Origin: Alphaproteobacteria bacterium
GTDB lineage: Bacteria > Pseudomonadota > Alphaproteobacteria > CAAHEQ01 > UBA3637
Direction of reading: 5' to 3'
Length of the DNA stretch: 64,000 nucleotides
Assembly: GCA_017539265.1 (NCBI GenBank)
Contig: JAFYHG010000018.1
Coordinates: forward strand, 8,779-72,778
The position numbers and the translations under genes were made by a program. Each line of letters begins with the position of its first letter. The first letter of the stretch is position 1. A model generated the notes under the pieces. It did not search any database. It was not told the origin of the DNA and saw only the letters and a list, made by a program, of their open reading frames with translations. Below, piece after piece: positions 57,007 through 64,000 of the stretch.

Positions 57007-58779
57007 ATGTCATACCACTATCCTGGACTGATTATATTATACGGGCAATTTTATATTAGGGTTAGAATACCCGCCTGTTTAAGAATGATCGCCAGATGCA
57101 AAGAGATAAGATATTCATTACAAACAAAAATCTATCAGGAAGCAATTGAAAAGTACCACGTGGAATTTGCTCATTTACAAGCATTTTTAACAATTTTTAA
57201 GGATATAATTATGAAAGTAAATGAGAATAAACAATTAACTTTAACTGAAACTGATGTGGACAAATTATTGCTCCACAGGTTAGAACAAATCCAAACCTTT
57301 TTGGAAAATAATGTAGATGAAATCAAGTCCCGACATAAGTCCGAGGCAGATATTATTTTGCTCTCAAGGGATAAAAAAGAAGCGGATATCCGCAAATTAA
57401 TGCAGGATATGATTTTGGGTTATTTGAAAGGACTGGTGGATAAAAATAAGGCAAATATCACTTTGCGGATGATTTACACTCAACTCAAAAATAAAGAGAT
57501 TGAGTTGGGGTTAGTGCAACAGGGGGAAAAATATGATTGGTTAAAAGCATTTTCCACCCACATTAACCATTTAGACCATTATGCCCAAAAATCTGTTAAG
57601 GCAATCCAAGAGGAAAAGCATTATGCCCCAACCAACCCAAAGGTTATAACCCTTTTGCGCACTTATGATTCCATGAAAACGGATGAGCGAATTCACTGTT
57701 CTATGGCAGCAACCCATTGGAAAAAGTTTTTCAAACGCTATCTGACGATGAAAAAGAATATTAAAGGGACATCTAATAAAAGGTTGTGTAAATTGGAGAA
57801 ATGTATTTGGTTAGCATTTGCACTTATGAAACGGGAGTATGTAGAAGATGTAACCAAACAGGATTGTCGCCAACTTTGCGAACTGATACATCGAGTTCCG
57901 AAACGGTGGCAAGAAAAAATTAGGGGAGATGATATTTTCCAAATTTTGACAGATAACCCTGAAAAGGCACTATCTAAAACAACCATTCAAGGATACTTAA
58001 CAGTATTTAAGGAGTACATGCGTTATGCTGAAAGAGAGGAGATTATTTCCAATAATTTGAATAGCGCAGTAGATGTACCTATCAATGTAAAACCATTTCA
58101 GCGAGAACCCTTTACAGCGAAAGATTTACACAAGATGTTTAATTCAGAAACATATATAGATCCCCGTATCAGAAAGGATTTACCCAAATTCTGGATACCA
58201 ATTATAGCCCTTTACCATGGTTGTCGTTTGAATGAAATCTGTCAATTGGATGTCAATGATATTGTGCAAGAAAAGGGAATACCTTGTATCAGCATTAATG
58301 CAAATGCCCCAGATAAATCCGTTAAAAATAAAGGATCTGAACGAATAATACCACTACATCCAAAACTAATTGAAATGGGATTTTTATATTATGTTGAATA
58401 TCAAAAACGAGGGCACAAACGAAAATTGTTTGACCTAAAACAGATTAAAAACGGGATGTATGGTAGTCCGGTCCAACATTGGTTTGCACGATATTTAGAT
58501 AGTATTGGGATAACGGAAACAACCAAAGTTTTTCATTCGTTCCGGCATACTTTTGAGACAATGGCAACAGAAAAGAGAATTCCCCCACAATATCAAAATG
58601 CAATTTGTGGGTGGACAGAACAAGGCATTGGACAAAGACTTTATGCCCACAAGAAGGACATGAACATTATGTTAGAAGAAATCAGCAAAATTAACTATCC
58701 AATCAATCGTGAACTGTCAGAACTAAAGAAGTCTTTCATGGATTCATTTGTTGTCAGGTCTTTAAGGGCAAATGGATAA
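57007..58779 (+). CDS. Tyrosine-type phage/island integrase
   Basis: The C-terminal catalytic motifs are present (..HSFRHTFETMA.. box II, GWT, RLYAHK). It lies adjacent to the tRNA gene. The true start may be an internal Met. Confidence 0.8.
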   Translation: MSYHYPGLIILYGQFYIRVRIPACLRMIARCKEIRYSLQTKIYQEAIEKYHVEFAHLQAFLTIFKDIIMKVNENKQLTLTETDVDKLLLHRLEQIQTFLENNVDEIKSRHKSEADIILLSRDKKEADIRKLMQDMILGYLKGLVDKNKANITLRMIYTQLKNKEIELGLVQQGEKYDWLKAFSTHINHLDHYAQKSVKAIQEEKHYAPTNPKVITLLRTYDSMKTDERIHCSMAATHWKKFFKRYLTMKKNIKGTSNKRLCKLEKCIWLAFALMKREYVEDVTKQDCRQLCELIHRVPKRWQEKIRGDDIFQILTDNPEKALSKTTIQGYLTVFKEYMRYAEREEIISNNLNSAVDVPINVKPFQREPFTAKDLHKMFNSETYIDPRIRKDLPKFWIPIIALYHGCRLNEICQLDVNDIVQEKGIPCISINANAPDKSVKNKGSERIIPLHPKLIEMGFLYYVEYQKRGHKRKLFDLKQIKNGMYGSPVQHWFARYLDSIGITETTKVFHSFRHTFETMATEKRIPPQYQNAICGWTEQGIGQRLYAHKKDMNIMLEEISKINYPINRELSELKKSFMDSFVVRSLRANG

Positions 58780-59089
58780 AAGGGCAAAGGTGTTCAAAAT
58801 ACATTTTAGGCAACCGTCATGGGAATCATATTAGGGTGTTCAAGCGGTAAAAAATCCAAAAGGTGAAATGGTATCAATGTCATCAAAAAGTTCGTGGCAA
58901 AAAGTTTAGGATGAAAGGGGTTGATGAAAGTGTTTTTGAATAGCCAGATAATGCTGAAAACTAGCTGTAAAAAGCACATGTCACAGAAGTCTTTGTGTCC
59001 AAGGATTGTGGCCAACCCCTGTGGCCAAGCAAAATCACCCTGTTTCAGGCACAAAAAAAGCCTTGATAAACAAGGCATTATTCTAAAAG

Positions 59090-59166
59090 TGGCGCGCCCG
59101 GCAGGATTCGAACTTACAACCTTCTGATCCGTAGTCAGATGCTCTATCCAATTGAGCTACGGGCGC
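59090..59166 (-). tRNA. tRNA-Arg (anticodon ACG)
   Basis: A 77-nt cloverleaf was folded by hand: acceptor GCGCCCG/CGGGCGC, D-arm GCTC..GAGC, anticodon stem TCTGA/TCAGA with loop CTACGGA, T-loop TTCGAAT, and a CCA encoded. The T-stem has one A-C mismatch. Confidence 0.8.
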
Positions 59167-59302
59167 ATCGTGGAAGTTATAATACTCTATTTCCTTTCAA
59201 AAATCAAGTCTTTTTTTCCAAAATCTTAAAAAATTATAAAAAGCGATCTTTTTGCTTTTTTATTAAAGGTAAAATACACACCCTAAAACCGCGTTATTAA
59301 GG

Positions 59303-60199
59303 TTAACTGACAACATAAAAATCGCCGGCGTTAATACGTCCCGTTGTTCCGGTATTTGCCAAATCGTCCGCTATGATTTTAAGGCCTTTCATCGCCGTTT
59401 GATCACTGGGTCTAATGACTCGGATTCCCAAAGCGTCGGCCAGTTTTCCCAAGGAATCAAAGAACACATCTTGCCCAAACGGCAGGCGTAAAATTTCAAC
59501 CAACTGTCCCCCTATATAAAACACGGAAACTTTACGTGTCTTAACAATGTGCAGGCAAAGCCTTGCCAAACATTTAGCAATAATTTCGTATGTTTTAATT
59601 GCGTAGGGATCCCGCACATTGTGCGCCAAATAAGATACTTCGCGCGATTGCATTACGGGTTTATAATTGCCTTTCAGGCTTCTGTAAATCTTCAAGAAAG
59701 CGGGCCCGCTGATTACATCTTCCCAAATTTTGGCATCAATCGCCTTTTCTTCTTTTCGGGGACTTAAGAGAGCTTCATTTCCCATTTCTGTCGGGAATAC
59801 GACTCCATCTTGAATGAATGATACCCCCATGCCTGTCCCCACAAAGATTACACATGCTTTTTGCGTATCCGGCAAATCCGACACCCCTACCCCGTGAAAA
59901 GCCATATCATTCGCGATAAGCCCTCGTTTAAATCCAAAAGTTGCACACAATTTCGGTAAATCCAAAACAAATCGGCGATTGGTCAAACTGATTTTCCCAT
60001 TGGGTTGCAAGGGACCTGCAGCGCCCACCACAAAAGCTTCCGGTTTAACTTTTACCGCACGTAAGTATTGCCGGATAGCCTTTTCCGCCGTGAACGATTT
60101 TTCATGCGGATACATCAGTAATTTTTCAATAACACCGTTTTTTAACAAAGCAAAACGAATATTTGTTCCACCGATATCGGCTAATAATGTTGATCTCAT
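59303..60199 (-). CDS. glk: Glucokinase (Glk family)
   Basis: It has the N-terminal ADIGGTNIRFAL motif and aligns with E. coli Glk blocks (ANDMAF, VGTGMGV, ISGPAF). Confidence 0.7.
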   Translation of the reverse strand: MRSTLLADIGGTNIRFALLKNGVIEKLLMYPHEKSFTAEKAIRQYLRAVKVKPEAFVVGAAGPLQPNGKISLTNRRFVLDLPKLCATFGFKRGLIANDMAFHGVGVSDLPDTQKACVIFVGTGMGVSFIQDGVVFPTEMGNEALLSPRKEEKAIDAKIWEDVISGPAFLKIYRSLKGNYKPVMQSREVSYLAHNVRDPYAIKTYEIIAKCLARLCLHIVKTRKVSVFYIGGQLVEILRLPFGQDVFFDSLGKLADALGIRVIRPSDQTAMKGLKIIADDLANTGTTGRINAGDFYVVS

Positions 60200-60933
60200 T
60201 TTTTCCCCCGTTCCGTTCGCCGCATAAAGATTTCTTGGGCAGTTTCCAATTCTTCCGGCGTATTAACACCATGCAATTCTTCCGCATTTCCGATAACAAC
60301 GCTGCATTTAAGGCCTTTTTGCCGTGCAACTTCTACAATATCCGTCAAGTAATATTCATCCGCTGCATTTTCATTTTTAATTTGTTTCAAGAGGGCTAAA
60401 ACCTTTTCGCCGTTCAGGCACATTACCCCCGAATTACATAGCCTGATTGCCCGTTGTTCATCGGTTGCATCTTTATATTCCACAATTTTATCCAAGCCGT
60501 CCCGCCCCATAACCAATCGCCCGTATCGTCTGGCATCCGTCGGCATAAACCCAAGGACAACAACATCCGAACCGGCCTCATAATCGGCAACCATTTTATG
60601 AATTGTTTCGGGTAAAATTAAAGGTGTATCTCCAAACAAGACCAGGATACACCCCTTAAACGGCTTCAATGCTTCTTTTGCCATTAGCACAGCATGAGCC
60701 GTTCCCAATCGTTCTTTTTGAACGACGGTTACCGCGGGTTTAACAGCTTCTTTCACATTATCCATATTCGGGCCGACCACAACGGTTATATCCCGAACGC
60801 CGGCCGACCGCACAGTGTCCATTAAAATTTGTATCATGGGCCGACCGCAAATCGGATGCAGGACTTTCGGTAAATCCGATCCCATTCGTTTTCCCTGACC
60901 TGCCCCCAAAATAATTGCTTTTACCTTCATCAT
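60196..60933 (-). CDS. Sugar-1-phosphate nucleotidyltransferase (GlmU N-terminal-like, no LbH domain)
   Basis: The KAIILGAGQGKRMGSDLPKVLHPICGRPMIQ motif matches the GlmU/MurU uridylyltransferase N-terminus. At 245 aa it is too short to be bifunctional GlmU. Confidence 0.65.
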   Translation of the reverse strand: MMKVKAIILGAGQGKRMGSDLPKVLHPICGRPMIQILMDTVRSAGVRDITVVVGPNMDNVKEAVKPAVTVVQKERLGTAHAVLMAKEALKPFKGCILVLFGDTPLILPETIHKMVADYEAGSDVVVLGFMPTDARRYGRLVMGRDGLDKIVEYKDATDEQRAIRLCNSGVMCLNGEKVLALLKQIKNENAADEYYLTDIVEVARQKGLKCSVVIGNAEELHGVNTPEELETAQEIFMRRTERGKK

Positions 60934-60941
60934 TTTTTCCT

Positions 60942-63251
60942 TTACCCGATAAAGACTCCATGATCCACAGCGAACAGCCGTAAATATTCTCTTAAATTTT
61001 CCGAAACCGTACTTAGTTGCCGTTTCAGATATGCTTCCAATTCCGCCCGATGCATACTTCGCACAGCGGCCTTAACCGCCCCCAAAGAAGCCGGATTCAT
61101 GGAAAGCGACCGAAATCCCAATCCTACCAACGTCATAGCTTCCAACGGCCTGCCGGCCATTTCCCCGCAAACAGAACAAGGCACACCCGCTTTCAAGCAT
61201 TTATCATTCACGGTTTTTAAAACTTTCAAAAAGGCCGGCATCAAGGGGTCATATCTGTTCCAAATGGTAGGATTACCGCGATCGGCGGCAAACATAAACT
61301 GCATTAAATCGTTCGTTCCGATAGAAACAAAATCCACTTCTTTTAACAGTTCATCTAACTGAAAAACCAATGACGGCACTTCCAACATCGTTCCGATTTT
61401 AACGGATTTAGGCAATTTTCCGCCCCGTTCCGCTTCTTGTTCCATTTCCATCAACAGGGTATTTTTGGCTTCCTGAAACTCCCGCACACAAGAAATCATC
61501 GGAAACATAACATATAAATCCCGACCCGCCGCCGCTTTTAAAAAGGCCGATAGTTGATTCCTAAGGAGCGCCCGCCGATCCAAAGTCATCCGAATAGAAC
61601 GCCACCCCATGGCCGGATTTTCTTCGGTTTGCCGCTCAAAATAGGGTAGCACTTTATCCGATCCGATATCCAATGTTCTGAAAATAACGGGTTTATCCTT
61701 TGCTTGCATCAATGCTCGCTTATAAATAGCCGTTTGCGTTTTCACGTTCGGCAGGTTCTCTGTCAACATAAACGGCAATTCCGTTCTGTATAAACCTATC
61801 CCGTCATAGGAAAAGCCGCTGTCTGCCATCAAATCATGCGACAACCCCGCATTCATATTCAGGGATATTTTAATCCCATCTTCCGTCACGGCCGGCAGGT
61901 CCCGCATAGCGGTATATTTAGCCCTTAACCGACGCGCCCGATTTGTCTGGTCACTTAAAGCATCCAAAGTATCGTCCGACGGATTTAAGTAAACATTTCC
62001 CCCGGTCGCGTCCAAAGCTACCAAGTCTCCGTCCGAGAAAATTTGAGCCACATTTTTAATCCCGCAAATCAATGGGATATTCATCGACCGCGTTACGATA
62101 ACCATATGCATGGTCTGTGACCCTTCTTCCAAAATGATTCCCTTAATCTTCTTCAGGTCATAGTCCAATAATTCAGCCGGTCCCATGCTTTTTGCCACCA
62201 AAATTGTCTGTCGTGGCATTTTCTTTTTAGCTCTGGCCTCTTTGGCACCTCGGCGCAGATGCCTCATCACGCGTCCCACCAAATCCTGCACATCATGGAT
62301 CCGTTCTTTGATATAGGGATCCGTCATCAATTCCATACGCGCCGTTACTTCATCACCGATTTTTTGAACGGCCGCATCTGCCGAAAGACCTGTTTCAATC
62401 GCTTTTGTCATTTTGGCAATCCAGCCCTTATCTTTGATAAACATCAGGTAAGTTTCAAAGATATCTGATTGACTACCGCTCATGTGCGATGTTGCTAAAA
62501 TTCGATTAACTTCCTGTTCGACGCGATCCAAGGCTTTTAACAGTTTTTGGATTTCCTTTTGGGAATCCTTCGCCAGCAGTTGCGCCGGCTGTTCCAAACG
62601 CTTATGGATAATCACACGCCCGATAGCAAAGCCAGAAATCAATCCCGTTCCTTCAATTTTTTGCCGACCCGAAGGTGGTGCTGCCACCGTTTCTTTTTTC
62701 TTAAACAGCCCCCATGAAAGCATTTCCCCCAGCACCAAGCTGATGGTTTCCAAAACTTCAATTAAATCTTGCGAAAAGGATTGGATTTTTTTTGTTTGAA
62801 CCGCCAAAACACCCAGTAATTTATTTGACCGAATAATCGGCACACCCGCCAACGATTTAAAGGATTTCTCCTTTGTTTCCGGCTTATAGACAAAACTGCT
62901 GTGTGCCCAAGCATCTTCCACAATCAAAGGCTTCCTTTGCAGGGCAATTTCCCCGATCAACCCTTCACCCAAGCGTAAAAAAGTCTCATGAACGGCCTTT
63001 TTGTCCAGCCCCCAAGTCGCGCACAATTCCAGTATATCCCCCGGCCGTGCTATGTAGCACGAACACGCATCAACCTTTAATTTTTCCGCCACCAACGCCA
63101 CGATTTTATCCAGCCGTTCCTCAGGGCTGAAATCGCGCACGCTCAACGCCCGCAAATCTTTCATGATTTGGCGGACGGAAATTCTGTCGGTTTTGTGTTC
63201 CTCATTTTCCATAATCGGCCCCATCATAGACCGAAACTTTTCTTTCGTCAA
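60942..63251 (-). CDS. ptsP: Phosphoenolpyruvate-protein phosphotransferase PtsP (EI-Ntr, GAF + EI domains)
   Basis: It has an N-terminal GAF domain, PEP-utilising enzyme motifs and is the full length of about 770 aa. Confidence 0.85.
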   Translation of the reverse strand: MTKEKFRSMMGPIMENEEHKTDRISVRQIMKDLRALSVRDFSPEERLDKIVALVAEKLKVDACSCYIARPGDILELCATWGLDKKAVHETFLRLGEGLIGEIALQRKPLIVEDAWAHSSFVYKPETKEKSFKSLAGVPIIRSNKLLGVLAVQTKKIQSFSQDLIEVLETISLVLGEMLSWGLFKKKETVAAPPSGRQKIEGTGLISGFAIGRVIIHKRLEQPAQLLAKDSQKEIQKLLKALDRVEQEVNRILATSHMSGSQSDIFETYLMFIKDKGWIAKMTKAIETGLSADAAVQKIGDEVTARMELMTDPYIKERIHDVQDLVGRVMRHLRRGAKEARAKKKMPRQTILVAKSMGPAELLDYDLKKIKGIILEEGSQTMHMVIVTRSMNIPLICGIKNVAQIFSDGDLVALDATGGNVYLNPSDDTLDALSDQTNRARRLRAKYTAMRDLPAVTEDGIKISLNMNAGLSHDLMADSGFSYDGIGLYRTELPFMLTENLPNVKTQTAIYKRALMQAKDKPVIFRTLDIGSDKVLPYFERQTEENPAMGWRSIRMTLDRRALLRNQLSAFLKAAAGRDLYVMFPMISCVREFQEAKNTLLMEMEQEAERGGKLPKSVKIGTMLEVPSLVFQLDELLKEVDFVSIGTNDLMQFMFAADRGNPTIWNRYDPLMPAFLKVLKTVNDKCLKAGVPCSVCGEMAGRPLEAMTLVGLGFRSLSMNPASLGAVKAAVRSMHRAELEAYLKRQLSTVSENLREYLRLFAVDHGVFIG

Positions 63252-63284
63252 GTCTTATTCCCAAATGAAGATAAAAAAAATATA

Positions 63285-63644
63285 ATCGGTCAGGCAGTCT
63301 ATAAGCCGGGTTTTGTCGTGGACAATCATTCGTCTGGGACGCGCATTACTGTTCGCCTCTAGCGACTTACCTCTTGATACTCAGCCAGAAACGCCTGTTT
63401 AGCGGGAATAAATCCCGAGTATCTTTTCTTAGTCTTGCTTCCGATAGGGTTTGTCCTGCCACTCCTGTTACCAAAAGTGCGGTGGGCTTTTACCCCGCCG
63501 TTTCACCCGTTCCGCGGTATACCGCGGTAGTTTGTTTTCTGTGACACTTTCCGTCGAGTCACCCCGCCCGGACGTTATCCGGTATCGTGTTTCTGTGAAG
63601 CCCGGACTTTCCTCAAAAACCGGTTGGTTTTCGCGATCATCCGA
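63285..63644 (-). ncRNA. rnpB: RNase P RNA (bacterial type A)
   Basis: The minus-strand sequence contains GGAAAGTCCGGGCTTCACAGAAA and a 3' end TGTCCACGACAAAACCCGGCTTATAGACTGCCTGACCGATT matching E. coli M1 RNA. The 5' and 3' ends pair to form P1. Confidence 0.85.
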
Positions 63645-63650
63645 CTACCT

Positions 63651-63679
63651 GACCGCCGGATATATTACCAAAAAATCCC
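63651..63679 (-). promoter_or_regulatory. rnpB promoter TTGACA-17-TAATAT
   Basis: On the minus strand a consensus -35 and a near-consensus -10 sit immediately upstream of the rnpB 5' end. Confidence 0.6.
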
Positions 63680-63751
63680 CCGTTTGTCAAGAAAAAGCTC
63701 TCTTTTTAAATACTTTAAAAGATAAATTTCCTTTTATAGGAAAATAATCCT

Positions 63752-63782
63752 TGACTTTTTGAAAAGAGTGTGCTATAAATTA
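63752..63782 (+). promoter_or_regulatory. Promoter TTGACT-17-TATAAA(T) divergent from rnpB
   Basis: It is read directly from the sequence. Confidence 0.5.
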
Positions 63783-63865
63783 TCCTGTTTAACGGGCGGT
63801 CGTGTATCTGCCGTTTTTTTTTATCGGTAAAACCGATCCCGTTAATCGCAATGTGCCGACCCACT

Positions 63866-63892
63866 TGGGTCGGTTTTTTTTATCTTTTAACA
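63866..63892 (+). terminator. Rho-independent terminator or attenuator hairpin CCGACCC-ACTT-GGGTCGG + T8
   Basis: A 7-bp GC-rich stem is followed by TTTTTTTT. It lies between the 63752 promoter and the ORF starting at 63904. Confidence 0.55.
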
Positions 63893-63903
63893 AAGGACTA
63901 CTT

Positions 63904-64000
63904 ATGACAAATCACGTCAAAATTCAAGGGGTCACTCCCCGTATTCAATACACGGCGGACGGAACCACAACGGATTACGAATTTCCGTTTGCCATTTTTT
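63904..64000 (+). CDS. Partial ORF (5' end only) running off the window
   Basis: ATG 63904 opens MTNHVKIQGVTPRIQYTADGTTTDYEFPFAIF. It is absent from the ORF track because it is truncated by the window end. Confidence 0.3.
   Translation, partial: MTNHVKIQGVTPRIQYTADGTTTDYEFPFAIF

Larger units (their letters stand above)
43255..59105. mobile_element. Genomic island 2 (about 15.9 kb) at tRNA-Arg, with terminal tyrosine integrase
   Basis: The att core copies lie at 43255-43270 and 59090-59105. The integrase gene is adjacent to the tRNA. The cargo comprises ankyrin, pentapeptide, adhesin, recombinase and iteron genes. Confidence 0.75.

Noticed and set aside
59090-59166. Possible pseudo-tRNA because of an A-C mismatch in the T-stem.
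   Set aside because: The cloverleaf is otherwise complete, with correct D-arm, anticodon arm, T-loop TTCGAAT, discriminator and CCA. A single mismatch is tolerated in real tRNAs, so it is kept as a functional tRNA-Arg.
63451-63747. A 98-aa plus-strand ORF in the track.
   Set aside because: It lies entirely within the RNase P RNA gene and its promoter on the opposite strand. The region is clearly rnpB by primary-sequence landmarks.

Overview
This 64 kb window looks like it comes from a moderately AT-rich proteobacterium, probably an alphaproteobacterium. The clues are an LpxI-type lipid A gene and the gene order cdsA-rseP-bamA-skp-lpxD-fabZ-lpxA-lpxI-lpxB; the taxonomic placement is an inference from these alone. 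All protein calls below come from reading the supplied ORF translations for family motifs. No database search was possible.

The window has three parts.

1. Positions 1-38.1 kb are core chromosome:
- a 5'-truncated YadA-like trimeric autotransporter adhesin (TAA) with about 10 tandem 120-bp repeats
- the yfgM-like/bamB/der block
- phoB-like, frameshifted rpe, ruvX, rpiB, glyA, nrdR, nusB
- mlaEF, radA, cvpA, rlmH
- several unknown membrane, secreted or MORN-like genes
- a glycosyltransferase and a GST
- the lpxB-lpxI-lpxA-fabZ-lpxD-skp-bamA-rseP-cdsA-tsf cluster; three unknown genes sit between rpsB and tsf, and pyrH-frr-uppS are missing from their usual place between tsf and cdsA

2. Positions 38.4-59.1 kb are two tandem genomic islands inserted at the 3' end of tRNA-Arg(ACG). 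Three copies of the 16-bp tRNA-end core delimit them, with shared flanking arms.
- Island 1 (about 4.9 kb) has no integrase. It encodes secreted Cys-rich-repeat and MORN-like proteins.
- Island 2 (about 15.9 kb) ends in a tyrosine integrase next to the tRNA. It carries two ankyrin proteins, a pentapeptide-repeat protein and a second 1163-aa TAA adhesin. The adhesin is flanked by a FimB/FimE-like small tyrosine recombinase, a protein made of six tandem Hin-type HTH domains and a Hin/Gin-like serine recombinase. An iteron array sits upstream of a winged-helix/coiled-coil gene.
- The most interesting signal is a perfect 13-bp inverted repeat pair enclosing 237 bp directly downstream of the FimB/E-like gene. 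This looks like a fim-type invertible switch within an adhesin locus.

3. Positions 59.1-64 kb are core again: tRNA-Arg, glk, a GlmU-N-like nucleotidyltransferase, ptsP, and RNase P RNA (rnpB) with a consensus promoter.
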